Assembly (NCBI GenBank): GCA_905178155.1
Contig: CAJINV010000004.1
Coordinates: 7,942,771-8,006,770, forward strand
Direction: 5' to 3'
DNA from: Amoebophrya sp. A120
Lineage: Eukaryota; Protista; Dinoflagellata
DNA: 64,000 nucleotides
Shown one piece after another: positions 11,945 to 25,702 of the stretch (position 1 is the first letter of the stretch; every line of letters starts with the position of its first letter). A program made the position numbers and the translations under genes. Under the pieces are notes generated by a model. It made no database searches. It saw nothing but the letters and a program-made list of their open reading frames with translations, and was not told the origin of the DNA.

Positions 11945-13442
11945 CGTTATGGAGAAACAGGTTCATTTTGGTCCACGAAAAACTAAAAAAAGTTTTGTCC
12001 AACCCTGAGAAACTCGACTACGTTTCTACGATTTTTACCCTAAAAACATTTTTAGCTACTGTATTAGTGTTTCTTCTATTGCCATGACAAAATGAAATTG
12101 TATCAATGAGCCACCTGCTGTCGTGCGGCCCACGAGGCAGCTACTACGCACTGCGAGAACGACACCTTTTTTTATTTTTTCACTGTCAAACGTATTTCTA
12201 TTTTCGCAAATAAACCAGAGCAGCTCGCTGCTGGTGCCCCCCTTGTGTAGGGCCATCAAAGCTTCGGTGGCAAAGCACCACATGAAGAGTTTTACAGTTT
12301 CCGATATGTTTACATTGTATACGGCAATCGACAAGAAAGATGTTTCATCCGATATGTTTCAGTTTCTTCCAGAAGACCAGCGACAAGAATTAGAATCGTG
12401 CCATAATAGAAGCCGAAATTAAATTGTTTCTCTGTATTAAGGTGCAGGCGTGAGAGTCGAGAAATAAAGTCGGGGGGGAAATTGAAATACGAATGCAATA
12501 TGTATAAAATGAAGATGTGAGATTTTTTTGATTGTATGATACAATTGTAGTAGAACTGTACTTACATTTTGAACTTGACAACCAAAGTGAAGTAAAACCA
12601 GTTTCTTGCCGACTAACGTGGCACTGCTCTTCTGCGCGTCCGCTTCGTTTCCACTACCGCGGCCGACTTTTTCGTTCTCGGATTTTTATCTTTGATATAC
12701 CCTCGCTCTGTGGGTGCGAGGACAGCCGGCCGGCACCTGCAGCTCGCGGTGAAAAGTATTTAAAGTAGATCCTTGCTGTTGATGATGTGCCACCATGATG
12801 TCCACAGGGAGCGCAAGGCGACAGGGGGTGCAAAAACAAGCGGTACTTAGCCTGCAATTGCATCCGCCTGTCGTTGTGGATCAAAGGAACGGTGACAAAG
12901 TAAACTAGATCTTCATGACAGAGTAAACTAGGTAATCTTCCAAGGGTACTTACCACGGGATCTTCACATGATCGTCTGTGTATCGTACAAGGACAAATGT
13001 TGTTGATCTCAGAACCTGTAGCGACGGAGCTCAGGATTTCTACTTCCCTCTGGGATCTTGCAAGAAAACATAGAAAATATCATACAGGGGGGGTAGAAGT
13101 TCATGATGAGAAACGAGAAGCTCCGTGCCGTACAAATACAATCATGGTCATCAATAATATTTTTCTCAGGGCATTAATCTGGATTCAAGTCAGCTTCTGG
13201 TGGTGTCAATTGCCTCCGAGTTTTACAAGCTAAAAACTTACATTCTAAAAATACATTTCCAATCGCAACGACGTAGTGTTTTCGGTTTCTACGCTTTGGC
13301 ACTAGTAGGTACGTATTTATTGCACAAAATAAGATCTTATCGGAAAAAAATTTCGACCCAAGAATTTCGACTTTACATGGAGCTGTCCTAAACCTAAACG
13401 AAGAAGCTCTAGGCTTTCGCAGAGAATATAGAAAAGATTAAG

Positions 13443-14543
13443 ATGGTCTACTTTAGCACTACCTGCAACGACGGTGCCTTCACGTCGATCGCCCGGTGCC
13501 GCGGGGTTGGTGCAGCGGCGCAGTGCCTCTTGGTCGCAGCTGTGTTGTCTTGCCGGCTGTTGAGCTGCACTGCTGCCGCTGGGGGCGCCGAGGATCAACA
13601 GATGAGGGACGAGCTTTCGCAACTTTCGCTCGGACCAAAGGAAGAAGCTGCCTCCGGAGGGCGCAGCAGTCGCAGACGCAGCGCCAGTCGTACTACAACC
13701 GGTCGCACTTCTACCGGTCGAGATGGCCCTTTGGCGCCAGTGGGTGACGAGGATGAGGGAAAAGCAGCATCAAGCCGTGGCCGAACCACCGCTACGATGG
13801 CTCATCCCGGTAGCGTAGTTGGAGCGGGAGCAAGCACTAGACGTATCACTGCAACCGTGCAAGTGTTCAACCTGGACGGCGAGTTGCTGGCGACCGTGCG
13901 CAATTTGGACGTACAAACACCCGTTTCCGATCTCGCACGGGCGGTCAATGAAGGAAAATTGTGCCAGTGGGGGCAGGTTAATGTTGTCAATTTTCTGCCG
14001 TTTAAGAGCAGGGCTGCAGGAACCATAGCGATTCCGTGGGACGCACCTAAGAATGTCGCTGACGTGCTCGGGAATCCTGCTTTTCGTGCGGCCGGAGTGC
14101 TGGACAATAGTACAGAAGACCCAACCCTCCAAGATGATGAATTCCTTTTGAAAGTGAACGCCAGCACAAGGCACGTGTTCATGCAAATTTTTGGACTGGA
14201 CGACACCTTGTTGCGCAAGCTTTCCGATGACTCAACGGGCTCTCTTCCAACGCTGGAAAGGTACCACCTGTGGCACAAGGAGGAGGCGATGTCCAAGTCC
14301 CCTTGCGAGTTGGTGCCCGAGCCTGAAGACAATCTCGGGCGTACTCGATATTTTCACGAAGCCGGCCCAACGCATGTCCTGAAAGTGCTCGACACCTGCA
14401 CCACACGGAAGGTTCCGAGGAGCCCGTTTTGGGTCGCCCTGGGTGAGGAGGAATTCAACGAGGACATCCGCGGCAAGCTACCCTACCCCACGTATGCAGT
14501 TCAAATACCGATCGGGGTCTGGAGGATGCATGCCCTAGTATAA
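13443..14543 (+). CDS. Hypothetical intronless protein (366 aa) with a hydrophobic N-terminal segment
   Basis: Long ORF with AQCLLVAAVLSCRLLSC near the N-terminus; no family recognised. Confidence 0.6.
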   Translation: MVYFSTTCNDGAFTSIARCRGVGAAAQCLLVAAVLSCRLLSCTAAAGGAEDQQMRDELSQLSLGPKEEAASGGRSSRRRSASRTTTGRTSTGRDGPLAPVGDEDEGKAASSRGRTTATMAHPGSVVGAGASTRRITATVQVFNLDGELLATVRNLDVQTPVSDLARAVNEGKLCQWGQVNVVNFLPFKSRAAGTIAIPWDAPKNVADVLGNPAFRAAGVLDNSTEDPTLQDDEFLLKVNASTRHVFMQIFGLDDTLLRKLSDDSTGSLPTLERYHLWHKEEAMSKSPCELVPEPEDNLGRTRYFHEAGPTHVLKVLDTCTTRKVPRSPFWVALGEEEFNEDIRGKLPYPTYAVQIPIGVWRMHALV

Positions 14544-14682
14544 CTGACAATTCTGCGAGAGCTTTCCTCGGATGCCCATCCCGCATGAGTAGAAACGCCC
14601 TTTCCACGTAGCAAAAACTGGACCTCTTCATCACTGCTGTTTGTTAGCATGCAATAATTACTTTTATACAGGGTTTTTTAAT

Positions 14683-15540
14683 ATGCAGAGAAGTCCAAAA
14701 CCAAAGGTAGCATCTTCAATGAGGCTGCAGCCTGCCAGACCCAGATCGATGTTTGCTGCACTGGATACCACGCTATCTGAGGCGCAGTGGCGGCGGATCC
14801 CACCAGGGCTGAGGCGTTTGCTCACAAACGTGCTCCGGGAATGGCAAGAGCAGCAACTTGGTAAAGATTGCCCTGCTACTCTCTGTGGGTTTAAGAGCAA
14901 AAGCGCGCGGCACTCCTTCCGCACCCTTCTTCGCTGGCTGTGCGGAACAGCCAGCGGAGAGAGGGTGCGGGGAACAGTGCTGTTTCCCCGTCGTGGTGTC
15001 GTCCAGCACGTGTGGTTACCGCGATCGAGTTACCCCGCAGAGAACCCGGACGAATTAGGGGGGTCTACTGCTGACGCGAAGCATTTGCGCAAGCTTGAGG
15101 GGCATCGCAACACACCGTGGACCTCAAATCGCAGTTTCGACATTCGGGCGACATTCGCACACGACCGCATCAAAATGGACCCAGAAACCTTCCCGACGTC
15201 TCCCTTCACGGGCGTCCGCCTGCGCTGGTATCAGCCGAACACTGGAGACAATGTTCCCAGCGGCACGGGGGACTTGCGATTGGACGGGAAAATGCTGCTG
15301 GAGCTGGAATTTCGTTGGGGAAAGATCGCGCGGGCAACTTTCATTTTCGCCGAGGGCGTGAACAAGGAAAATGGGGAGCGTGTGTATGCGCCAGTGCGCT
15401 ACGAATTTGCTGGGGGATCTGACGCGAGCACATTTGATCGCGTGTTCGAGTATCAAACGTTACTAGAAACCAACGCTGCAAAGAACGTCATGCTGTTGAT
15501 GAAAATTAAAATGTGCGGACGCAAAATGACGCAAAGATGA
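14683..15540 (+). CDS. Hypothetical intronless protein (~285 aa)
   Basis: Long GC-rich ORF, first in-frame ATG at 14683; no family recognised. Confidence 0.6.
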   Translation: MQRSPKPKVASSMRLQPARPRSMFAALDTTLSEAQWRRIPPGLRRLLTNVLREWQEQQLGKDCPATLCGFKSKSARHSFRTLLRWLCGTASGERVRGTVLFPRRGVVQHVWLPRSSYPAENPDELGGSTADAKHLRKLEGHRNTPWTSNRSFDIRATFAHDRIKMDPETFPTSPFTGVRLRWYQPNTGDNVPSGTGDLRLDGKMLLELEFRWGKIARATFIFAEGVNKENGERVYAPVRYEFAGGSDASTFDRVFEYQTLLETNAAKNVMLLMKIKMCGRKMTQR

Positions 15541-17237
15541 AGGCAAGGAAACGACCGAGGGGCCATTTTTTTGGTACCTGTCCAAAGAGTTTTTCCCCCG
15601 ACTTATGTCCAACACGACTCGAGTTTTGGAAAAGAGCATCTCGCTTTTGCCATTTGCGCTGCTAGTTTGCATATTATATACAAATTGAAATTGTCATGAC
15701 AATGTGGTGCGGCAACTGTTTCTAGACGATACCGCACGCGGAGTGTTCAAACTTCCGGAAAATTTGGAGTTCTCCGAAGAGTCGTCCGTGCCGGAGTTCC
15801 TTCGCTTGATCAAGCCCGCAACATTCTTAACAGCCGAGCCCAGTCTGGGCACGGCTTCTGGCGGAGACCATATCTACGGTTGAACGGACGAGCTGCGTTC
15901 GACTACAAGTGGTGCAATCACTCGACGACGCCAATATTAAAGCGGTGGCACATGATGCTGTAGCTTCGTGTTGAATTATTAGTGGCGCGCTGAGGTAGAA
16001 TTTCAATTTATTTTATCGTGACAGGTGGACCACCCTGGTGTAGTCACTACCACTAGCCAGGTCTGTCCTACTTGTGTTGCAAGAAAGACAGCTCAACGAA
16101 TTGCAGTCCTCGGCAACAAAAGTGGGTGTAATAAACTATGAGATTTGATTGTGGTTACACTAACGACACCTGCCACATCTCCAAATTTATATTTTGCCTG
16201 AACTAAGTTTAAGTACCCTGATAGTACGGGGAACGATATATTACTTCTCTTCTTATCACTACAGTGATTTACACAACTGGAATCCTCAAACGAAAAACCA
16301 ACCGAAGGGAAGATTGTTTTGGCGTATCTAAGAACAAACGAGGGTGTTTTTGCGTATCGTATCGCTTTAGTCACTTCCCTTCCGGTGGATTTTTTATTTT
16401 ACGCTTGAACGAGATGCAATTGCTTTGCGAAGGCGAGAAAGCCAAAGATAGTTTAGAAATGCGAATTAGACAAGGGCTCAAAAGCAGCTGTAGCTAGGGG
16501 AGGAAGGTATGAAGAAAAGCAAAAGTTTATTTTTATCATCTCGCGGGCCGTTTATCATCTTCACTGGAACAAAAGAAACGTGCTCTTTCAAAAACCTATT
16601 CGAGCACAACGTGTACGATGCGAATGCAAAAAATCTGGGATATTCTTCAAGTACCACACGCAAACACTTCTTGTAGAGGAGATGGTGGCACTGGTCGCGC
16701 AGATGGCGCCACTGCTTGCTCACACAAGGGAAGATACGGGGGCAGAGGAAGACGGATCATGTGTTCGACAGTCATTTCTTTGTCGTGTCTCGAACCTGCA
16801 TTTCATCTGATTTCGCTGCGTTGCATGCAGCAAGCAAGCAAGGAGGTAAGTGCAAGTGTAAAAAGATCACTGTCTAGGTAAAAAAGCAAAGGGTCCGAAA
16901 AGACATGCCTATAGGTGCTTCGCGAAGGATTTTTCAGGTTCTTTCCTCCAGGTGGCGTCTGTAGTACTGAAAAGATCATCAAGCTCATAGATGATATGTG
17001 TACAACTCTCTGTCGACTCATCTGGCGAAGATCCTCCTTCCCAGGAAGAGTAGATAGTATGTGTGTGTGAGGATCATGTGTAGTTGTACATGGAATTAAT
17101 ATCGTGACAGTGACACCGCTGAGGCTGATGCTGCTGGTGCGAACCCTATTCAATTAGTACAACTACAACCGAGTGAATGTGAAAAAATATATAATGTACT
17201 TAGCCTTACGTATCTCAATCACTATCAAACTGAAACT

Positions 17238-18305
17238 ATGCTTTTTCTTGACGAGGCTGAGCTGAAGGCGCTCTGCAAAAAGTTTCCGAAGTATGACTCC
17301 TGGAGCAAATCGCCGTCCGTTTTCACGCCGCTGGTACAGCGGGTGATGCGCTACTTTGCGTTTCAGCAAACACAAAATCTTCGGCAGACAAGTCTGAGTG
17401 AGGGGGCGCCGGCGCCTGTAGAGGAACGGGAAAATAATAGAGAGTGCACCTCGTCCCTCGCGCGACCTGTGTTGCAGATTCAAGCGAAAATAAACCTACC
17501 ACCTTCGCGGCCCAAGAACTCTGCTTCCTCGTCCAAAGACGCTGCTGGCGACACACTCTCTACGTCGCATCAAAGTGTGCTAGAAGCGGCTGGAGCAAAG
17601 AGGCTGGAGAAACTGCTAGGAAAGGTGAAGTATGGATTGCAAAAATGTCTGGGTCTGGAAGGTTGGAACTTGTGATGCTAGCTTTTGACTCTAAAAAAAT
17701 CTGTATTGCATGGCCAACAAGAGGAGTCTCGTTTGTGCTATGCGGGGAGGGCATTTGTCATGCGGAGTAGGCATCAGGAAGCCCTCCAAAAATCTGTGAT
17801 GCTAGGTCGTGCATTACAGACATCCTGGGTCGTGCAAAATATGCATGACAAACCCGGCAACATTCCAGTTCCAGACCCAGACACTTTTGCATTTGATATG
17901 AAGCGGCGGCTGCAAGGGGCGTTGCGGACCTTCGGGCAGAAGGTGGTGCAGGAGTTCTACAAGAAGCAGATTTATATAAATTCGGATCAGGGCGGGGGTG
18001 CTACAGCCGTTGTCGGAGAAAATCGTGGTCCTACTTTGCTGTCTCTCAACTTCCAGCATTTTGTCAAGCGAAAAAACGGAACGAGTGGCAAAAGAACTAC
18101 CGGACGAGACAACGCTGATGTTCCTGCCGCGAAGAAGAAGAAGCGACCATTCGGGGAGCCGGAAAATATAAACGGAGGTGGTACTGGTTCTGAGGTGGAA
18201 AAGTTGAAACAGCAACGAACACCTGCCCCCCCTGTGAGCGGTGCGGCCGTGATGGAAGTAGAGAAAAAAGATGAATGTACTGCGACTCAAGGGAAGGTTG
18301 GATAA
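17238..18305 (+). CDS. Hypothetical protein, one element intron, basic NLS-like motif (KKKKRP)
   Basis: ORFs 17238 and 17685 fuse in frame (LLGKVK|RRLQGAL) on removing 17631-17898 plus TGAAG; the 5' end is uncertain. Confidence 0.6.
17631..17898. mobile_element. Intronic TIR element A
   Basis: DR TGAAG. Confidence 0.92.
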
Positions 18306-19049
18306 AGCTAGAGTAATGGTTTTTTTAGTTCCCTTTGACGAAAAAGTGTTAGACAGCTGGGCGACTGCACGCCTCTGATGAGTATAGTACGAACATGAAA
18401 CTTTTTGGTACATCGTAATCTTTCGGAAGAACAAGAAAGAGCGCACCAGACGACGTTACATGAGCATTTAGGAATACCCCACCAAAGTTTCTGATGTCGC
18501 TGTCGTCGACATCGCAAATTATAAAAAAAAAAAGGAAGATTCGTCGTTTTCGTTAGGTATCGACACCGGAGTTGTAGTTGTTCCGCACTGACAAGCTGCA
18601 TTCGATTCGCTTTCGTTTTGGTGAAATTTGGCAATTGTTGTATTGAGTGTCGCGACGAGATCGATGAAGGTAGTAGAAGAGAGATCATCTGGAGCGCAAT
18701 AGTCTCGCCTGTAAAGCCTTTCTCCCCGACTTTGTTCTTCGAGAGTTGTAATAGAGTGTGAGTGTATTTTCAAAGCGACGGTGAAATTGTTTTATTTTCA
18801 TACCGCTGCACGACCAGTAGACATCAAGAGGCCACTTGGCATTGGCAAGCAGCCATAGTTTCATCCGGTTCTACTCACTAGCTGTGTCCTCGAAGTGATT
18901 CTTCCTTGTTTCCAAAAACCAATTCATTACTAGGGTGAAGAAGGTGGCGGCGGTCGTGATTATAACAACAAGGAGGTACTTAAGTATTTCTAAAGCAAAG
19001 AACCGGCTCAGAAGATCAAATTAGAATAAAGAAAAAACACAACACAAAA

Positions 19050-22000
19050 ATGGAGTACCTCGCGGAGCGGTTTCAGGACCAGGGGTACGGAGACCCCGAG
19101 ATGCGGCAGCATTTAAAGACGCCTCCGATAGTGGACCCAACAAATCCAGTTTACAGGACGCTGTGGCCACGAGGTACTTCTTCATACTTATCAATGGATC
19201 ATCAGCTGTTTTGTTTTCATCATCCGCCCGAGTTTTTGTGCATGACAGGAGTGTTGGTAGTAATTGAAAGCACTGGATGACGAGCGAGTAGAACTGCTCT
19301 CCTGTGTCGCCCATAGTAAATTGATGCTGTTACTCGTCGCCAGGTGAGATCCGCGACCCGAACCTGCCCACAAACCTGGAATTCCCGATTGATCGACGCG
19401 AGGCTGCGAATGAGAATTTCGACCGAACTATCCTGAGCAAAATTGTCCCCACCCCATAGTCAAGATGAATAGTCTGCTAGACAAATCAGCCAGTCTTGGC
19501 TGTTGCGCATGACAGGTCTGGCCTCGTAGCGTAAGTAATGCTGTTGAGCTAGTTCAGCAGCGTGAAAGATCTAGCGCGTCATGCTGATTCGAGCATCGCA
19601 AATCCCAAAACACGAATAAAAAATGCTTCTCATCATGGGCGGGCTCCGCATGAGAAACATTTTCAGCATGCAGATTTGCGTGACAACTCTGCTGGGGTGT
19701 GGACGTTTTTGCCCAGGATACGAACCTATTTTATCCGACAAACGGACCCCATCTCACCCGTACCCGCGATCCCGCTCAGGGACTACCACGACCCGTGGCA
19801 GAGTTTGTGTGTGCGGCACTACCCGGAAAAGCCGACCAAGACGTATCAATTGCAAAAATGTCTGGGTCTGGAAGAATACAAACTTGTGATGCGCATTTCA
19901 GAACACAGAAAAATCTCCCATGCATAGGCAGCAAAAGCTGCCCACTTTCTGTCACCAAAATATGGGAGTTGTCATGCGGATTCGGCATTGCGGAAGCTTC
20001 TGGAAACCTGTGATGCTAGAGCTTCCATGCCAGACTTTCTGCGTCATGCAAAAACAGCATGACGCTTCCAGACCCAGACATTTTTGCAGTTGATAAAACG
20101 CCCGAGAAAGCGACGAGGGCAGAGATCAAAGCTGCACAGGTATGCATAAACTGCATCACAAATTACATCAACCTCGGCGTGCCGCACGAAACTTGTGATG
20201 CTAATTCACCCTTTCGGAAGGAGGTTTCTTGTCATGCACGATTGGCGTGCGATTTATTACCACGAGTCTGTGAAAAAACATAAACAAACGTACAGGACCT
20301 GCAATCCGTGCGCATCGAGGACCAGAGGGTTATGACAGAGCAAAACTTCCCCTCCCCTTCATTTGTCATGCAAAATACTCAGTCCACCCTTTGCCCCTTG
20401 GCACTGTTTGCATGACAATTTCTGGCAGCCCAAATAGCACTACACTCCAGTGCAAATTTGTCATGCGGACGCGGCACTCTTGCTGATGCTTGTATTGCCG
20501 TTCATGCTATACAAATGAGGGGGAGGGGGAATTGTGCACTGTCATAAGGATCGACGAGCTTTTCGAAGCGTTGCAGCGCTCCGCTTTGGACACGCTGAGT
20601 TACGGTAGCAAATACACGAGTGGCGAGCAGTTGGACGCGTTACGAGATGCAATCGGGGTCTTGAGGAAGGAGCGGAACCCGGAAATCGAGAAAATTCTCT
20701 GGCGATACGAAGATTTACTCACGAATATGCATTGAAAGTAGTGCATCGTACTGGTATCTATGTTATAGATAGCTAAATGATGCAACTTATAGTATAAGTT
20801 GCATCATTGAATAGCAAGAAGAAGAAAAGTTGATGAATGTTTAATGCTGATTTAGGTTGCTGGGAAAGAAAGATGTTTGTCGTGCAAGACTGGCACTCAG
20901 ACGAGAAGTACAATGCTTATTTTGCAATGGTGCATAACGAACGCAGAACTGCAAAAGGTATGAACTGCAAAAGTATCGTACTCGTATAAATGCATTACAA
21001 ATTTTCTCAGCATGAGAAATATACTTTGTCATGCTGATTTACCCTGAGAAAAATATTTGTAATGCAGGACTTGCATTTATACGAATACGATACTTTTGCA
21101 CAGGATAAAAGGCGATTGTGGTCGATTTCGACTGGGCGGCGATGCTGGAGACACTCACACAAAGAGCAGATGTATCGGAAGAAAAAAGTCGTGTTACAGT
21201 TACACATTGTGCTGTTGCAGGCCAAGCAAGACAGAAAAGCTCTGTCATGCCGGATGTGCATAGAAACCTCGTTTCATAGGTGTTTTCCCCTAGGATTTCT
21301 GCATTTTTACAAGTTTTCTCTCTCATGCAGAGAAATCTGTCTTGCTGAATTCACTACAAATGTGTAACTGTAACACTTTTTTCGTGGGATAAGATGAATT
21401 GGCGAGGGGAAAGAAGGATCGGAAGGTACTATAGTGAGTGTGCTATCGTTTCTTGTATCAGTCGGTGATGATGCTGTGTAGTTTTCATGCGATTTCTTGT
21501 TTTCGCTAAATAATAAAGTCCTCCCATTACTTTTGCGAAAGTAGTTGACCATGATTTTTTTGAACGACACAGCAGGTGCAGGTCGTGCTTATCATCTTCA
21601 TATATGAGATTCAGAATTTGTCTTTCTATTCTCCATTTCGCGTTTCAAACACAGCTGACCGACCAGACCATCGCAATGCTGTGCCTCCGAGTCTGCCAGA
21701 CCGCAGAGCACGCGCTCACAGCACTGAGGACGGGTACACCGGGGGGGCTGGAAGGTACTGATACTACTTTGTGTAAGTAACAAATTGTGCCATCCTTCGA
21801 TGCTGAACTAGAAATAATGGAGCATGCAAGAAGGGGAAGAAATGTTCTTGTATACGCATGCGATTGTGTAAGATCGCACACGCAACTGCTGTGTCGCCTC
21901 CCCCTGTGGTCACCCACAAAAAGTAACATCAATGTATCGCAACAAGGTATGCCACCATCGGAAACGGTTTTTTCGTCGCTCGAGAAGCAAAAAATCATGG

Positions 22001-24511
22001 AGCACAGCAGGATCATTCTGGATCACATCGACCGCGTCAGCCCCACGGAGGTCGCGCCCCGGGATCCAAGGATCGACCTGTACTTGATCGGGCTACTTGG
22101 GTTGATGATCGAAAATTGGGTGGACAGCGAGGAGAAGAAGGAGAAAGGTTGATTCACTTTGTCAATATTTGACTCATGCGAAATCTACATCGAAATCTCC
22201 AAGAACAGAACTTCTCTGGTTTATTTATGCAGGACGGGCGGTGGTTGTGATGACGATCATGATTGTGATGATGCTGCACTTCTATTCTCACGACCATGAA
22301 GATTCTTAAAACGGTGAAAAAGTGAATCAGCAAACCACGATATTAAAAATACATCAGCTCTCGCCGACCAGGCAAACCTGCCTCCGCACCTCGCCACCTC
22401 TCCCGGCAGCACATCTGGTAACAAGCAGAATAAACACGACGGGAAATCCACGGCGAGCTCTTCTTCTTCCAGACCAAAAACCACCGCTGCGGACTTGGAA
22501 AAGCGAAAAGCGGCGACCTCGACCAAGTACATGCTGTTTTTTATCCTGAGTAAAAACGTACCCACACCAGAGTCGGGATGGGGATTTTGCAACACAAACC
22601 TAGGAGTTTTGTGAGTCACGCATGACAAGTTTCAGTCCGTAAGGTAGTACAAGTTAGCAAGGAAAGCCGCATCACAAATCGATCTGCTGATCCTGTTTAC
22701 AGCATTACAAGTTCCCAAACTACACGATTGAAAATGCCTGTCATGGGGTTGCGCATCACAAATGTTCCTGTCATGGCAAATCTGCATGACAGCTCTGGTG
22801 TGGGTACGTTTTTACTCAGGATATTTTTGATGGATCTCCTCGAGACACGAGCGGAACAGTATCAAGTGCAAATATGTCTGGGTGGTCTGGAAACCTGTGA
22901 TGCATGTCAGTGAACAGGAAGCGCACTGTAATGCAACGCCAAGCATGACAGATTTTCTCGTGGCTCTGTCTTGCGTATTCCGCATGAGAAACATCGTTTT
23001 TGCATGACAGACAAGAGGAGGTCTTCCGATGGCCCTACGCAATACAGAGTTCAGAGTCACGCCAAACTAGCATGAGAAATCTCGCAATCTCCCAGACCTA
23101 GACATATTTGCACTGCATAAACAGCAGGAACACCTGTATGAACTGCAAAAGTATCGTACTCGTAGAAATGCATTACAAATTTCCTCAGCATGAGAAATAA
23201 AATTTGTAATGCTGATTTAACTTGAGAAAAAGATTTGTAATGCATGATTGCAATACGAATACGATACTTTGCACGGGATAACCTGACGGTGTTCGCGATT
23301 TTGAAGGTGTTGCGGTTTCTGACGAAACGGAAGGAACCCTGCGTGCGATTGGTGAACAAGGGCAGGTTGGCGTGGCGAATCACCGCGTTGAGGGATAGGT
23401 ACAAGGAAGCGCCGCCGGAGCTCGGGAAGGCCAACTACGACGCAGTAAAGATCGAAAAGAAAGCGGTGAAAGTCCCGAACTACATGCTACCGGAAGCAAT
23501 AAGGCACCTGCCGGGCGGGAAACCGGTAGTTTTTGTTGTGTTGTTGTCTTCGATATAGGGGTTTGTTATGTTTTTATGCGATGTCAATGTTCTAGTATCA
23601 ATTGCATTACAAATTTCTCAGCATGAGAAATGGAATTTGTAATGCTGATTGACGTTAGGAAAAAGATTTGTAAATGCATAACTGATAACACTCGCACTTG
23701 CTACAAAACCAGGTATCCACCTCCCCCCTCGATTCCGTCCGACCACCGGGAGAGACCAGCGAGCAGAAACCGAAAAAGGAGAAGAAATCGCTAAAAACTG
23801 CCCAAGTGGACATGCGGGACCACGCGGAGCTGAATAAACGGACGGTGTCCTGTATGGGATTGTCAATTGTTAAATGCTCAACTGTTACATGAATTTGTGC
23901 TGCAAGAATGGCAACAGGGAAAGGCCGGACTTCTTGCAACTCTTGCATTACAAATTCGGCACAGATGATTCCCATGCTGTTTAGCCCTTCCTAAATTTGT
24001 CATGCGAAGTAGCTTCACCGCGTGGGCGTTAGTGCCCATTTTGCATGACAAAACATGTAACAGTGGCGAATGTAACATTTGAGAACGCCATATCCTGGAG
24101 CTTCGCCCGGAAACTCGACCCGGTCACCGTGCCACCCGCGTACTTGGCGGATGTGGACTCCTTACGGTTCTACCTGGTTGAGATCGAGCGGCACATGCGC
24201 CTATGCATTGGAAATATGTCTGGGTCCGGAAGGATGCAAACTTGTGATGCGAATTCTACATCATGCCAAAATCTGTCATGTATGGCCAGCAAAAGTCGCC
24301 CATTTCTTGGCACCGACGCAGGGTATCTGTCATGCAGATTAAGCATTGGGATACCCGCTCAAAACCTGTGATGTTAGGGCTTGCATGCTAGACCAACACG
24401 CTCACGTAAAATCTGCATGACAAACTCCTGCACTCATCCAGACCCAGACATTTTTGCATTTGATAGTGCCAGCACCTCTACGAACCGCCCACCTTTCCCT
24501 TGTACAATTGA
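19050..24511 (+). CDS. Hypothetical multi-exon protein (could be two genes; junction at ~22150-22320 unresolved)
   Basis: Frame is restored across 11 elements and GT-AG introns (e.g. EDLLTN|AELQKAIVVDFDW, ending HLYEPPTFPLYN*). Confidence 0.55.
19429..19720. mobile_element. Intronic TIR element C
   Basis: DR CGAAC. Confidence 0.92.
19844..20095. mobile_element. Intronic TIR element A
   Basis: DR AGACG/AAACG. Confidence 0.9.
20331..20546. mobile_element. Intronic TIR element E (TATGACAGTGCACAACTCCCCCTCCCC)
   Basis: DR AGGGT/AGGAT. Confidence 0.9.
20726..20936. mobile_element. Degenerate element, B-like
   Basis: DR ACGAA; frame restored. Confidence 0.75.
20959..21107. mobile_element. Intronic TIR element B
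   Basis: DR AAAGG (gives GT-AG). Confidence 0.92.
21173..21391. mobile_element. Intronic TIR element I
   Basis: DR AGATG. Confidence 0.85.
22542..22823. mobile_element. Intronic TIR element C
   Basis: DR TTTTT. Confidence 0.9.
22860..23119. mobile_element. Intronic TIR element A
   Basis: DR AACAG. Confidence 0.9.
23137..23280. mobile_element. Intronic TIR element B
   Basis: DR ACCTG. Confidence 0.92.
23853..24092. mobile_element. Intronic TIR element D
   Basis: DR TCCTG. Confidence 0.92.
24202..24465. mobile_element. Intronic TIR element A
   Basis: DR GCGCC/GTGCC. Confidence 0.9.
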
Positions 24512-25702
24512 GCTTATTTCATATACTTCTAAGTACTGTGTCGTAGCGATTCGCTTTTTGACACCAGGAAGATATAAAGAGTTTCAAGAAATTATACCGT
24601 AACTACAACTTATAAAAATATTCCAACTTTGACATTGACACTAAAAGCAAATCGTGAAGTAGAACAGGGTTAGCAACGACCCGTGCCCGACTTCGTCCAA
24701 CCTTTAATAAACCTTTTTCGTGAATATAGACACAAAAACTAAATGCAGCCAACCTCTACTTCAGAGAGGCTGAGGCTTGCGTGAATCCAAAACTTGCGTA
24801 GTAAAATTCTGACACTGATGAAGCGTATTTTTGCGGAAATACAGCTTGTAGCTTGTTTATAGATTGCAAATTGGACCATGTTGGTCCACTGGTAGTTTTG
24901 AGAAAGTTGACTTGAGTATCGGTAGATATTGTTGGCAGAGATACAATATGTGACTGGTTTTTACTATCACCTCGTTTCTTTATAAATTAGATTGTTGGCA
25001 ACGACCTCTGAAAATGAACTTGTATGAAACCCCATTGAACAAAAGGAAAATTGATGTACACAACGAGGTCTTTCGGTCTACAACCTGCTGCTGTACACGA
25101 AACGGACCACCTTTTGTGCTTTGAGAATCTATTTGTAAACCAGTTTCTGTTTCAAGTTCAACCACGACCACTGTATCTAAGCAGACAAGCGGAAGCGCCT
25201 CCAACCAACGCAGAGCAGGCCCCTCTGGTACTCCTTCGTATCCGAAGTGTTATAGTTCACCTTCATCTGTCGTCCTGTGAACTCTTCAGAAACTGATTGA
25301 GTAGAGGCTCATCCCTGCGATAGAAGAAAAAATGTTTTTTCCATTGGGTGAAATGAGAGTCAGACTGCCTGTCCACGTATTAAGCGGTAAAAAACATCGA
25401 GTTGTGATGTGGGAGCGTGCAGGCTGTGTAGTGCACAGCAGAATAGTATATCATACCCAGCGACATCATTTAAAATTTCATCATCTCCCCAAAAACTTAA
25501 ACTAGTTGTTTCGAACTGCGCTTCCATCAATTGGAAGCGAGTTCATATTGCCACCCTCCAATGGCGTCGTTCATGTGAGGAAAATTTTTTGGCTCCTCTC
25601 CGCGTTATCGACCTTCCAGTACTTCTGACGGGCAGCACGTCTTTCCGCCAAGAACCCTGCGTGCTATCCACCGCGACGCGACAGTCCGCACCGCGGGCAA
25701 AG